A DNA stretch of 64,000 nucleotides from Octopus vulgaris. Taxonomy: Eukaryota. The first letter of the stretch is position 1, and each line of letters begins with the position of its first letter. The position numbers and the translations under genes were made by a program. The stretch covers positions 18,848,001-18,912,000 of the forward strand of contig OX597819.1 of NCBI GenBank assembly GCA_951406725.2, read 5' to 3'. Below, piece after piece: positions 43,192-57,811 of this stretch. Under the pieces are notes generated by a model. It was not told the origin of the DNA. It did no database searches and worked only from the letters and a program-made list of their open reading frames with translations.

Positions 43192-43470
43192 TTCTTCTTC
43201 TACTTCTCCACCTTCTACCCCTTAACCTTGTCACTAATGTCTTTAAGTATAACGCCTACGCAGCGACTGCCGGTCGCCACTGACCAGCCCAGATTTTCCC
43301 ACTCCCACCCCCTCAAGAACTCACAACGACCTCGAATACACAAGTGCAAACAAGGGAGTGAGAGAAAGGCAGAATGCCACCTATATCTGAACACTACTAT
43401 GGAAATATTCCTTTAAAAAAAACCTTTCTTCTAATTTTTCTAAATTTTTCTAAATTTAATTATTTAATCG

Positions 43471-43514
43471 TTACAGTTGAAAAGGTCTCAAAATGACCGA
43501 AACCGGTACTGAAA
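43471..43514 (+). ncRNA. Type I minimal hammerhead with U3-A8 core variant
   Basis: ttaCAG-TTGAAAA-GGTC-tcaaaat-GACC-GAAA-CCGG-TA-CTGaaa. Stem I cag/ctg, stem II ggtc/gacc, palindromic ACCGGT stem III, GUA site. Confidence 0.65.
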
Positions 43515-43560
43515 GATTCACTATAAAATCATCTTAGCATTTTCTATTTTTGACTTGTTT

Positions 43561-43624
<64 letters not shown>

Positions 43625-44943
43625 GTATATATATATGTATATATATAATTCTCTATATATATTATATATTAAATATTTTCTATGTATACAAATATGTACA
43701 TACGTTTATATAATATATGATTTATATATATACTTAACCATGTATACATAGAGAGAAAGAGAGTGAGAGAGAGAGGCAGATATGTGTGTGTGTTTGTACG
43801 TACTTATCTGTGCGTTTGTGTGTGTCTCCATGTGTTTCGTATGCTTGTGTCCGTGTTTGTGTGTGTGTGTATGTGTGTGTGTCTGTGTACCCTTATGTGT
43901 ATATGTGCTTGTGTGTGTGTGTGTTTATTTGTGTGTTTGTGTGTGTGACTGTGTGTGTATGTGTGTGTGTGCGTATGATCGTGGATAGTTGGATTGCAGT
44001 ACTGATGAAAGAGCAATAACACTTGAGATATGCATATACGACCATTACCTATTTTACTACCTTCGATCGCATTGTTGCCATAGATGAATTCGTTTATGAA
44101 ACGTAACTTGCAGCGATGACTCCGAATTCTATAGAAAATCTAATGAGATAACCTAAAAAAAATTGAATATTCCGCACTACTAATATCAAAGTAACGCACT
44201 ACATTAACTTACAAGCATTAAATATATTTAGCTATATATATTATGGTTGCAAAACAAAATACTGTGTCCGCGCCAGCAATTGTTATGCGTTCGCATGTTG
44301 CTGGGAATCTGTTTAAAATGTAACTTGGTAAAATCTAACAGTGTGGCACCACTAAACCTCATGAGAATTTCATCAATGTGATCGTTGACAGACGATGAGT
44401 TGCACGTTTTACTGGTAACAGTAAACAATAAATCTTGAAATATGCATCTACACTCTTTATTTTTTCTTTTCTCTCTGTCTTCGTTTACTTTGTTTACAAA
44501 CACGTATTCGTTGACGACACAATTTATCCTTCTGTGGTGGTTATGAATTCTATAAGAAATCTATACAGGTAAGCTTAAAAGTTATGTATTACACACACAG
44601 ATTCTCTCTCCCTCCCTCTCACACACACACACGCTCACACACACATATGCATATTCTAGTTGTTTCTGTCATTGGCGTATGACCATACTGGAGCGTTGGT
44701 GGAATTTAGTCGAACAAATCGATTCAGTCCTTGTCTTACTTTTAAACTTTTCTGCTTATTTTATTAGTCTTTCATTCGAACCGCGTGGTTACGAGGAAAT
44801 AACCCAACCAACATAGACAAACACAGACGCCAAGGCAAACACTTGCACATATAAATGTACGCATGCGCACATATTAATTTACACAGGCGCAAACATCTGT
44901 ATATCTGCGTATATGTGAATGTGTGCGTGTGTGTGGGGGGGCA

Positions 44944-45367
44944 TCTCTTTACTCTCTTTTACTCTTTTACTTGTTTCAGTCATTTTGACTGCGGCCATGC
45001 TGGAGCACCGCTTTTAGTCGAGCAAATCGACCCCGGGACTTATTCTTTGTAAGCCCAGTACTTATTCTATCGGTCTCTTTTGCCGAACCACTAAGGTTAC
45101 GGGGACGTAAACATACCAGCATCGGTTGTCAAGCAATGCTAGGGGGACAAACACAGACACACAAACATATACACACACATACATATATAGATATACATAT
45201 ATACGACAGACTTCTTTCAGTTTCCGTCTACCAAATTCACTCACAAGGCTTTGGTCGGCCCGAGGCTATAGCAGAAGACACTTGCCCAAGATGCCCCGCA
45301 GTGGGACTGAACACGGAACCATGTGGTTGGTTAGCAAGCTACTTACCACACAGCCACTCCTGCGCCT
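44944..45367 (-). mobile_element. SINE family A, full length
   Basis: Complete match to family A including the (aaaagagt)n tail. Confidence 0.92.
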
Positions 45368-46300
45368 AAGTAATATATGTTTTCTTTATGTATAGATTTT
45401 CTCTTATATTTTTAATTGTTTGAATGAAGTCTTTCGGTAAAGAAAGAACTGTCTTCTAACAAAGACACGAAGCTCTATCTTTGGAATGTTGATAACTAAA
45501 ACAATACCTAACTTTCTAACTTGCGAAAAGACTTGCAGATCTTTACTATTCCGATAACAAGTTGTACTTATAATGTGCGGATTAACTGAAATTTTTTCTG
45601 TTTTCTTTTTTCAAACAAGAGTTTTTCTCGATTGTCCGTTAGGCATTTAAACAAAAGACCACTTGCACAAAATATTATTAGTACCAATTTGAATTTGTAA
45701 TTTGGTCATAGAAGCTAGAGGTTTCGAAGCAGCATTCTAGTCTTTCACTTCCGTTCTGGTTTTTAAAATTGATATACTCGTCAATAGGACAGCTGAATCA
45801 CCATGGCGCTACATACTTGTTTGTATATGACACAGTAATAAGGATAACAATAAGTACGACAACAACACAAAGGATAAAAATATTAATGAGACACTAGTCT
45901 AACAAGATTCCTCGTGAAGCAGGGAAGCTAAGTGTGTTGAAACAATTGTCGTGATTAATAAAAATGATCGTATATTCCATTCTATGTCTTTCATTTACCA
46001 CGCACATACACACACATACGCAAACACACGTACATATATACACTTACACAAACCCACACACACACACTCACACACACACATATACTAATCCCTCGCCATA
46101 TTGCGGTTCACCAATCGCAATTTATTATTTAAGCTTACGTCGATTCCCCCGTGGTGTTGTGTTGCATTTATAATAAAATAAATATAAAGTAATCCTAAAA
46201 ATAAAAATATATATACAGTACAGTTTTTTATCTACTTCGCGGTTTTCATCAACTGCGTGCGGTTTTGGAACGTAACACCTGCGGTTGTCGAGGGACTACT

Positions 46301-46393
<93 letters not shown>

Positions 46394-46399
46394 CGTATA

Positions 46400-46780
46400 A
46401 GCGTAGGAGTGGCTGTGTGCTTCCAAACCATATAGTTCCGGGTTCAGATCCACTGTGTGGAACCTTCGGCATGTGTCTTCTACTCCGTCTGCCTCGGGCT
46501 TACCAAAGCCTTGTAAGTGGATTTGGTAGACAAAATCGAAGCCTGTTGTATATGTATATATTTATGTGTGTGTCTGTGTCTGTGTCTGTTGCACCACCAT
46601 CGCTTGACAACCGATGTTGATGTGCTTACGTACCCGTAACCTTAACGACTCGGCAATAAAGACCGATAAAATAAGTACTAGGCCTATAAAGAATAAGTCC
46701 TGAGGTTGATTTGTTGGATTAAAGGCAAGGCTCTGCCCCAGCATGGCCGCAGTCAAGTGACTGAATATATTATAAGAATG
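46400..46780 (+). mobile_element. SINE family A, diverged
   Basis: gcgtaggagtggctgtgtg..gggttcagatccac..ccccagcatggccgcagtcaagtgactgaa. Confidence 0.85.
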
Positions 46781-46815
46781 AACGAAAAAGTATAAATATA
46801 TATAAAATAGGAATG

Positions 46816-46851
46816 CATCTATCTATCTATCTATCTATCTACCTATCTATC

Positions 46852-46926
<75 letters not shown>

Positions 46927-46940
46927 ATATCTATCCATCT
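46816..46940 (+). repeat. (TCTA)n tetranucleotide microsatellite
   Basis: Direct inspection. Confidence 0.95.
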
Positions 46941-47016
46941 AATAACAATTTAACAAATAAAACATATACATACATGCATATATGTACATACCTACATCTA
47001 TATGTATATATATACA

Positions 47017-47070
<54 letters not shown>

Positions 47071-47200
47071 TACAGGACACCACAAATAAACGTAGAACAC
47101 AACGAGAAACGAAAACAAAAACAAACAAGGAAACGGACAAGGAATATTCCCCTTCATCAGCTGCCCCTGGTTCGACTCAATGCGTGTATCTATCTCTCTA

Positions 47201-47242
<42 letters not shown>

Positions 47243-47399
47243 ACTATCTATGTAACGGTAGTAAGCGATGCACATTATCAGAATTTTTGACACGAGTCAA
47301 ATATAACAAACTACTCTAAATCCGCATGAACAGTGTCTAGACCGGCAATTTTCTGTTGGCATCAAGTCACATTAGTTGTAATAATGAATTCAAATCAAA

Positions 47400-47600
47400 T
47401 TGTAGTAGAGTTATTAGCACGCCGATCAAAATTTTTAGCGGTATTTCGTCCGTCATTACGTTCTGAGGTTCAAATTCCGCTGAAGTCCAGTTTGCCTTTC
47501 ATCGTTTTGGGGCCGATAAAATAAGTACGATCTGAACATTGGGGTCGATGTAATCGATTTTCACTCTTCCACAAATTTCAGGCGTTGTGCAGAAAGTATA
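47400..47600 (+). mobile_element. SINE family B
   Basis: ttagcacgccg..gaggttcaaattccgctgaagtccagtttgcctttcatcgttttggggccgataaaataagtac. Confidence 0.8.
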
Positions 47601-50444
47601 TTTTAAGGAAGTGTATAGCAGAAAGTATATTTCAAAACACTTCATACGTACGTTTCGCGTTTTCGTATTAAGTTGACTTCATTATTGCAACTACACACAC
47701 ACTTTGGGCGAAAACTGTCTTTTTCTCCTTAACGGATGGCCGTGTTGAAGAAAATCACAGATGCATTTGTTTGCGAGGAATATCTAGAACGCAATTAAAG
47801 TAGAAACCGTTCGTTAACAAAGTTTCTAGAGATTCTCAAGAAGCAAAAACGATTTAACATATACATAAATGTTCTATTATTGTCTCGTTATATTTAACAG
47901 TACAAATGTAGCGTATATATTCTTTTCTATACAAAATTGCACCTGATACAAAGAATGTCTCCAACCCTTGCACATATCTCCATCATTAAGTTGTGCAAAA
48001 ATAGTTTTGCGATGAAGATGTATATTCACTTTTGTTGCAAACTTGTAGGAGAGCTTTGGTTCTCGTATTGATTATAAGGAATTGCCATAGCACACTTGTT
48101 GTTTATTGGTTGGATATTTCAAGTTAAAAATATTTATTGTTATCGAAGTCAGACCAGTTGTTAGTGTGCGATGCATATTTGTAGTGTTTTGGGTGGTTTA
48201 TGTATTTTCTGTTCTCTAATATAAAGTTCCTAACGATAATATGCTAGAAATACACAACAGATAGGACGATTGCACATTCCCTTGGTTAACAGATTTCATA
48301 GAGATGACAAAAGATTAATTATAAGGCGATACAATGGCAGTAAGAGTAACTGAAACATAGAATGGAACAATGAAAACAAAAGGATTGGACAGAGAAAACG
48401 AAGTAATGGGGAAAGAAGAGAGTGAGGAAGAGGAAGAGAAAGGTGGGGATATAGAAAGGAAGGGAAACAGATGATGAGGGAGAAATGGGGGAGAAAGAAG
48501 GAGAAAATGATACGGAAATTAAGAGAAATTGAGTCAGGGAAAAATAGTGAGGGAATGGGTGAGAAAGAAAGACATAAAGTATTTGCGAGAAAGAAGTTAA
48601 GTAAGAGAAGAGAGAGAATTTAATATAATTTCTTTCTTGAGTTATTTAAAATGGTTGCAATATAAAGCAAGCCGTGGCCTTCAACAGTCACACCATAATA
48701 GGTGAATGATGTATGTGTGTGTGTGTGTGTGTCTTTGACTCGGTGAATTATGGTGTGCCTCTATAGAAATCTCGGCGGCAATTAAGGAAAAATTTTATTG
48801 GTTTGACAAAAATCACATTGCTATAAATGACGAAGGGAAAAAATATGAGCAAAATCTAAATTAATCTCCAACGACATTAATTTATTTTTATTGGATAAGC
48901 TCAGATCTTTTGAAGTACCCTCCTCCAAAAACGAAATAGTAAAGTGAGCGAATGTGCATGAGTGGGAGCGGGGAAGGATTCTCGTGCTAAGGTTGGTCGG
49001 TAGGGTATGCGAATCAGTGGACAACAAGGGCCGAGGCACGAAATGATTGCATCCAAGATTTTAAAGAAATCTAATAGAATCCATTAATCCGTGACTCAGC
49101 CGTTTGCCTGATGACCTAAGGTCAAGATGCGAATGCACCACTGCATCATGTGAAAACATTCTGTGTTTATATCATACGGCCATTTCAAAGAATGAAATAT
49201 CAGTCGGAGAAACATTTCATGGTTGGTAACTGAAAATAGACTACGGTAATGAAGTTAGATTTCGTTTATACACTCCTTTATATAACATCAGAACCACATT
49301 AGAAAACAAATAACATGATTCATATCACATCAAATAATGGCGGGCTTTTGGAAATGTTAGTGGATCAGTGTAATATTCGGAGCGGGGCCAGTCCTTTGTT
49401 CATTTACGTGTAATATGAGATTGCCCCTTCTCTCTCTTAGTAATCTAATCAATTTAATTAATCCTCCCTTGTATTTCATAGTCATTTGGTGTTTCTAAAT
49501 TTGATAACTTGTTAGTTTGAGAAATCTAGTCTCAACAACTCCCCATTAATTATTATCAGAAATTAAACACATAAATGCAAGCATATACAATGAACACACA
49601 GATGTGCGCATACGTGCACACATACGTATATTACATTCTATTATATGTCATTCGTAAATATGGAAATTTTAAAGTTCGTATGCCGCTGGGCGAAAACAGA
49701 AAAGAACTTTACAACGCGTACACACACACGCACGCACACACACACACACACACACGCACACACGCACACACACACACACATTCATTCACTCAATCACACA
49801 CACAAAAACAGAGTTGCATTCGGAATTGGTAAAAGATATTTCAAAAATGCATGTATGTAGTTTTCTTAAATACATGCATATGGTAGAATCTTGAGCGTGC
49901 GTCTGCTTAACACACGCACACACGTACGTGCGTGTGTACATGCGTGAGCGCATACGCGCGCTCTAGCCGGTGTGTGTTAAATAGAAAGCATTTTACGTTT
50001 CCATGTGTCACTAGGTTTTTGGTTTACTATATAGTTACACTACATTCAATGTCTTTCGAAATAGTATATTTAAATTTATCGCTTAATTTGGTACGTTTGC
50101 ACGAAAATAAACGAAAATATATTTTTCAATTTTCGAAATGTTTTGATATCGTGCGTTACTCGATCTATCCTCGAGGTTAAACGTGGAATATATGGCAAAC
50201 GTCACCTTCAGATTTACATATATAGAGATAAAAACTCACACACCAGAATACATGTACAAAATAACTCATTTAATTCTTGACTAAAGAGATTTTAGCAAGA
50301 TCTACGCTATATATTTGTACAGGTTTCTTTAATAACATTCGGTGTATAAAAGACCAAATGTTTATATTATTTGCTCGCTTAAAGAACACAACATGCATGT
50401 AGATCGCTTTCTTATAAAATATATGAGATAAGAATTTATATAAA

Positions 50445-50730
50445 TTACGGAGGTGCACTTGCATAGCAAGTGACCTGATCTGAGATCGTGTGCTGCAACG
50501 AAAACAATTGCAGCGTGGAAAGTGTTTATAAGCTATTTAAGAAACACACAAAAATCGTTATATTCACTTCAACATTTACATTTAATTTGCCAAAATATTT
50601 CCAACGCTTTTCGACCGCGACCTGTTCACTGACAAAATTCCGTACTGTCAGTGAACAGATTTCAGTCTAAAAAGCGACGAAAATATTTTGGCAAATTAAA
50701 TTTAAATGTTGAAGTGAATCTAACGGTTTA
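50445..50730. mobile_element. MITE/fold-back-like element with ~80-bp imperfect inverted arms (50552-50729)
   Basis: aaatcgttatattcacttcaacatttacatttaatttgccaaaatattt..ctgttcactgaca / tgtcagtgaacag..aaatattttggcaaattaaatttaaatgttgaagtgaatctaacggttt. Confidence 0.7.
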
Positions 50731-50754
50731 ATTTATATAAAGAAAAATATATAT

Positions 50755-50890
50755 AGGCGCAGACGTGGCTGGGTGGTAAGTAGCTTCTTTACTAACCACA
50801 TGGTTCCGGGTTCAGTGTCTTCTACTATAGCCTCGGGCTGACCAAAGACTTGTGAGTGGATTTGGTAGACGTAAACTGAAAGAAGCCCAT

Positions 50891-50962
<72 letters not shown>

Positions 50963-51190
50963 CATGTGTATGTATGGGCGTTTGTATGTGTGTGTTTGTC
51001 CCCACAACATTGCTTGACGACTGATGCTGGTGAGTTTACATCTCAGTAAATTAGCGGTTCGGTAAAAAGAGTGATAGAATAAATACTAGGCTTACAAAGA
51101 ATAAGTTATGGGCTCGATTCGATCGACTAAAGACGATGCTCCAGCATGGCCGCAGTCAATTGACTGAAACAAATAAAAAAATAAAAGAAT
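50755..51190 (+). mobile_element. SINE family A
   Basis: aggcgcagacgtggctgggtggtaag..gctccagcatggccgcagtcaattgactgaaac. Confidence 0.9.
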
Positions 51191-51239
51191 ATGCGAGTGG
51201 GTATGTTTACATGCACGCGCGCGCACACACACACACACA

Positions 51240-51470
51240 TTCTTTTATTCATTTACTCGTTTCAGTCATTTGACTGCGGCCATACTGGAGCACCGCCTTG
51301 ACGGGTCTTAGTCGAATGAATCGACCCCAGGACGTTTTTTAAAGCTTGGTTCTAATTCTTTCGGTCTCCTTTGCCAAACAGCCAAGTTACGGGGACATAA
51401 AAAACAACAACACCGGTTGGCAAGCGCTGATGCGGTGGTGCTGGCAGAGACGGACACGACACACGCACAC
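51240..51470 (-). mobile_element. SINE family A, 3' part (variant)
   Basis: tttcagtcatttgactgcggccatactggagcaccgcc..atcgaccccagg. Confidence 0.8.
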
Positions 51471-51517
51471 ACATCCACCCACCCATACATACATACATAC
51501 ATACATACATACACACA

Positions 51518-51586
<69 letters not shown>

Positions 51587-51589
<3 letters not shown>

Positions 51590-51945
51590 GCTTGCTAACC
51601 AACCACATGGTTCCGGGTTCAGTCCCACTGCGTGGCATCTTGGGCAAGTGCCTTCTGCTATAGCCCCGGGCCGACCAATGCCTTGTGAGTGGATTTGGTA
51701 GACGGAAACTGAAAGAAGCCTGTCGTATATATGTATATATATATGTATATGTATGTGTGTGTGTTTGTGTGCTGGTGTATTTACATCCCCCGTCACTTAG
51801 CGGTTCGGCAAAAAGAGACCGATAGAATAAGTACTGGGCTTACAAAGAATAAGTCCCGGGGTCGATTTGCTCGACTAAAGGCGGTGATCCAGCATGGCCG
51901 CAGTCAAATGACTGAACCAAGTAAAAGAAAAGAAAAAAAAAGAAT
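51587..51945 (+). mobile_element. SINE family A, 5'-truncated with internal deletion
   Basis: gtagcttgctaaccaaccacatggttccgggttcagtccc..cagcatggccgcagtcaaatgactgaac. Confidence 0.9.
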
Positions 51946-51948
51946 ACA

Positions 51949-51999
<51 letters not shown>

Positions 52000-52154
52000 C
52001 ATACATATAAATGTAACAAAAACGCAGTAGAGGTCATTAAAACATTCGGATAGATAGACGACACAAAGACGGACAAGAGAACCAACAATGAGGACAGGCA
52101 AAAAAAAAACGGGTTATCCTTGGCTTTCCTTCATCAGTCAAGTAGCAGAACTCA

Positions 52155-52207
<53 letters not shown>

Positions 52208-52644
52208 TACTAGGTTATTCCTTCTAGTGTGTCTATTTATCCAGAAAGATGTAGTAGTCATTGCATTCCGATAATGTAAAGAAATGAACACCTTTAATCG
52301 ATTATTCTAACTTTATTGGATTGTTAAAGGCGTCTATATCATTCTCACAGTCTCCAGATTAACAATCAGCCAAACTGCTTATATATGCAACAAATGCAAC
52401 AGCTACTCTATGAAGGGGTCCCTAATTTGCATAGCAAAAATGTTTAACACTCTATAAATAACACCGGCCTTTCTACGGAGACCTTAGTTCACACAGTATA
52501 AAGATATGATATAATATAAAGTAGCATATGGTATAATTATAAACAGGGCAAGATTTAGCCATTTACACATTTCAATATTTAAACAGCAGTGCTTAAGGGC
52601 TACCGAAAAGATATACAATGTTAATTACTGTCTAATATTAACAT

Positions 52645-52835
52645 AAGGCGAATAGCGCCTCACTAACGCGTCAAAGAGGTCTGGCGGCGGTTCTTCCAGC
52701 ACTGTACCTGCTGAGCTTAAATTCCGCTGACATCAACTTCGATAAAATAAAGTACAACTTAAATACTGGCGCTGATATGATCCACTACCTCACTCACCCA
52801 AAAACGGCGGCCTTTATACAAAAATTTGAATCAAA
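52645..52835 (+). mobile_element. SINE family B, highly diverged
   Basis: aaggcg..ctgagcttaaattccgctgacatcaact..cgataaaataaagtac. Confidence 0.5.
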
Positions 52836-53654
52836 ATATTGAAGCAGGATAATTCGGCACCAGTTTTGGCGTGTTTTGACATCATCTCTGAACTATGTAT
52901 TTGTATGTAGTTTCCGAATTACAAGTGTTAGTGTCAGTAAATAAATATGAGTTGATTTGAACTCATTTTGCGGGGGAAAAAAACAGTGTCCAGATAATAT
53001 GTAGCATTGATCTGACCAGAGATGAGATCGATGTAAAGGGACTTGCGATATTTTGAAGAATCATTAATGGTGCCTACAGTTTCAATTCCTAGAAAATATG
53101 CCGACCAAACATTTATATTAACAGAAGGTTTTCATCAAGAGATCATTGAAGTATATTTCATTCACGAGCCCCTAATAACAAAAACATCCAGCTATACTTC
53201 CAAACAAATTTACATCAAGTGCAACATCACACGGATATATAACAGCATTCGAGATATGAAGCAATTCTTTCTACATGAGTTCCATGTGTTCGTTGATAAA
53301 AACACAACTAGTTCAATCCAAATTATAGAAATGAAATTCCTTCTGAACATTTTTACTTTCATTTTGCATGCATACGGCTTTCCTCCCCATTAACCAATGA
53401 AGCAAATTGTGTCCATGCATGCGTACATACATACAGACATATGTCATAAATTTTATACGCAACATAAATATATTTGAGAGTACGTGTGTTGATGTGGCGT
53501 TACGTGCATATATATATATATAAATAAATATAAACATACATACATACATACACACACACACATATATAATATATATGTATGTATATATATATATATACAC
53601 ATGTGCACATACATATGGAAACAGGTATGTATATGTGTGTGTATATATACATTA

Positions 53655-53692
<38 letters not shown>

Positions 53693-53842
53693 TATAATAT
53701 GTTTATATTACGTATATTATATGTAATAATTATATATGTTATATATATTATATATTTATAAGTATTATAGATTCACATATCGCTAGGTATATACATATGC
53801 CGAATGGAGATGTGTGTATGTATATATGAATGTATACATGTA

Positions 53843-53875
<33 letters not shown>

Positions 53876-54020
53876 GTGTATGTATGTATAAATACATACA
53901 TATAGATAGATAGATAGAAATTTAGATGCATACACATACGAGTGTATACGTGCGTGCGTCTTTAATCATATTTAGTATATATGCTTGCATATATACATAT
54001 ATTAACATATAGAAGCGCAC

Positions 54021-54062
<42 letters not shown>

Positions 54063-54086
54063 GCACACAATCACACATATGTATGC

Positions 54087-54133
<47 letters not shown>

Positions 54134-55194
54134 AGCATATACATACACACCATATACTTATACATACTTGCGTACGCCCCCTGCGTATGTACATGCTAAC
54201 ATATGCACACATACCGCTTTGTTTCTGTTGCCAAATAACTCGAAACCAAAATTAATTCCTTGTAATTAAATTTCCAATTCATTAAACTAATGATACCCTA
54301 TAATTAAAAATAAATTGCAGTGAATGCCTTTACTTAGCAAATTTATTGGAACCAGCACCGATTAATTCTGCAATGCAATTCAGGTGGCAAACGTAGAGTC
54401 TTTTACAATAAATAGTAAATATCGTACAAACCTAATATTGCGACTCCGTTCCAAGAAACTTGTGAAATTATTACGTTTCATATTTTTCTGTATTTCACCA
54501 TTTTGTTGCAATCATATCAAGCAGTTTTGAAGAAAAGCGCTTATACTTATCGGATTCCAACGGACCAACCACTGCTGCAGTTAATAAGCCAAGCAGTGTT
54601 TTCTTTTTCTCTATGTGAGGATATTATTTAACGTGAATACTTATCCTCTAGGCTTGCTGATTCGATAAGAATATTGCTTCGCAAACGTATACTTCCACAT
54701 TTGATTTAGCAACCTGTACACAAGGCATGTGTGCATATATTTATGTGTGGGTGTCCAATGTCTGCATTTATTCATCCTGGTGAAAATATATGATCTGAGA
54801 TATCTTTTATGTCAGCAATATAATATCGTGATTTGAAAGATAATGAACGATAAAATGACAAGAATATTTCAGTCTTTGAGACACACAAAACCTCCAGAAT
54901 GCAATGTTCCGTACACTGTCATCCAAGGTTAGAGCAATAAAAAAAAAACCGGCTGAAACTGCGACACAGCACAGTGACGATAATCACTTTTAAAGAAACA
55001 GTAAGTTAGTAAGAAATTACACATTCTCTTTGAATAGAACATAAAATTGTCATAACATCTCAAAATGTTTCTAACATGAATATTTTAATTTCTTACAGGT
55101 TTAATTTTCAGGATCTCAATTTTTTTTTTACTATACTATATAGATCATTGCACATCATTAACTCTCGTAATTTTTTCGCATGTATATGTTTATG

Positions 55195-55237
<43 letters not shown>

Positions 55238-56366
55238 AATAAGCAGTAGGATATCAAGAGATGATGCAGTACGACCGTTTCAAGCGACTCCATTTAATTG
55301 AACAGTGCAAGCATTACATAAATTTAATGCAGGGCTATCCTCGGCTGCATATATAAATAGAATTTTTAATCAGTTGGACATATTAATTTAATTTTACTTT
55401 AATTCTCTAAGAGAGCAAGAAGAGGGAAATGCTCAAGTCGCTTCTAATGTCGCTAAGAATATACTACACTTCTAAGAACTGTATGAAGTGTGTTAGTGTC
55501 ATAGCTTGTAAAGGATTGTGGTTCACTTTCAATTTATTTGTTTTTTATTAACACCTACTAAGTCTCAGGCTAGAGGACAGTGTTTAGAATGGACGGTAGG
55601 AGTGAGTTGACAGTTTATAGTTAGGTATGGTCATAAATATTGTCAGGACTTTAGCATTTTTCATAAATGCTGTCTATAAAAGAGGCTGGTTAGGGGAAAC
55701 CCCAAAATCAAGATTCTGAACTTATGATGTTAATAGAAAGGAAATTATCATGGTGTACAATCGATGATTGTATATAAACAATATTGTTATGATGTATAAA
55801 GATAAGATTTGAGATTAGATAAACTGTATATATTCCAATTTTCAACATTAGGAAAGGAAGATTACATAGAATTAGTTTAATATTCATTTCGGTACTTAAT
55901 TATTTATTCATTAGATGCTTTCGATAAAGATTGCTCTGGGTATTAAAAAAATACAGGGGCGATAAATCATGCTATCTTTATATTAATTATAAGCTAAGAA
56001 TCAGAAAAAATCGGAAAAATAAGTTGTGCACAGATACATACACATATTTAACTATGTGCACTCATGCAAATATGCGCAAATATTTGTACTTTATTATGGA
56101 TATGTTATAATCAACTATCATAGATTAATGCTTCTAATTTATATAATAAAGACTGTAGCTCTGAGGTCTACAGTAGCACAAGGACTACTGATACGCCTGA
56201 TGATGCTGGAATGACTGTGAATTATACTACAATTGAAGAATGGAGAGATAATGCTAGATATGAAAATAACACATACAATAGTAGTGGTAAGATTAATATT
56301 AATAGTAATATTAATAATAATAATGGTATGAATATCAATAATATTAATAGTGTTAATTCTCCTAGT

Positions 56367-56790
56367 TGCAATTGTAGGGTTAAATCCCACTGTCCGTTAT
56401 AGGCCGATGTCTAACCCAAACGTAATTTATAAGTGCACTATCACATCTGTAGCTGCTAACTTTCTAGATATAAGATGTTCAATAAATATGAAAACACATA
56501 TGAATAACCGTTTTTCAACTTTTAGGCTCTAACATAAGGCCAATTGTACGTCCTTATCTAGCAAGATTTGAGAACTGAAGGAAAGCGGAATCGAATTTAG
56601 CCTTAAATGAGATATTTTAAGGAAAGCGCAGCCTTATAGAGATAGTCGACATAGGTGCGACCTGTGCTTTATGGAAACTTATGAAATTTTTAAGTATAGG
56701 GACAAGAGCATCCTGTTTAATAATAGATTAGACCCAAGGGCATCATGCGTACATACTGTCACCTGTACACATAAATAATTTCGAAATTAG
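56367..56790 (+). mobile_element. Penelope-like element (Nematis-like) GIY-YIG endonuclease relic
   Basis: CNCRVKSHCPL*(fs)..NVIYKCTITS..NNRFSTFR..TSLSSKI*ELK..ILRKAQPY..RCDLCFMETYEI..LFNNR..SCVH; matches the C.CR...CPL..C / LS..IW.LK / PY...C.LC..E / CRH layout. Confidence 0.85.
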
Positions 56791-57629
56791 CGTTTAAAGG
56801 TGCTACAGTTAAACATAGAGAAGGGAAATTAGTAGTTTTTAGAGTCATATGTGATGTGAACTTACCCACTAGTATTATATATAATAAGTTATGTATATTT
56901 TCTTACTATTCTCCATAATTACTTACTATTTTGTTTTCTTATTTTGATACCTTTATCTATAACCCTCTTATCATTTAAAGAGAGACATAAACTTTCTAGT
57001 TACTTAAGTCTATAATAGTTGATTATAACATACCCATAATAAAGTACAAATATGTGTGTGAATATTTGCGCATGTGCATATAGTTAAATATGTGTATGCA
57101 TCTGTGCACAATATGTGTACGCATCTGTCCGTATTACGAGTGCTTCTGTTCTGTGTATGTGCGCATGTCTACATACATAATCTTATAAACGCATGCACAC
57201 ACATACACACATACACGCACCCAAACCCACATATTTGTATATATAAATACATATTCCAGCCATACTGCTCAAAATTTCAAGCTTTACTCTTTAATGTGAG
57301 GGCTTCGTATGAGGACTCAAAGACGCACAGCTATTTCTTAACTTGCCGAAAACTTTGAGAAATCTACAGGCTATAGAGTGGACGCTTTTAAGAAACGATT
57401 CAGCCATTGCTGTCCAGTGTCCCAGATGGCCCCAGATCACGGTAAGAAACTCATGAGGGCAACAATATCGAATCCCCTCTTTCATCAAGAAGCAATCCCA
57501 TAAGAAAGTCCATTAGAAAGGTGATAGTTCTGGATGTGCCACAGTATGGCCACAGTATGGCCACAGCCTTTGGGCTGAAACTCATAACAAAATAAAAGAT
57601 AATATATATATTAGGTTATTCTTTTATGC

Positions 57630-57706
<77 letters not shown>

Positions 57707-57811
57707 AAGTTAACAATTGAGGATAAAATCTTTAAAAGAAATTATCAGTAGTCAGCGTGAAAAACCTCGTAAGAGAAAAAATCCGTAAATTCTTCCTCTT
57801 TGAAAATATTC

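Noticed and set aside
48380-48620. Purine-rich tract resembling an E/K/R-rich coding region
   Set aside because: Low-complexity GA sequence with no long ORF
53043-53393. 116-aa non-repetitive ORF
   Set aside because: Non-ATG start, no recognisable domain, no splice context
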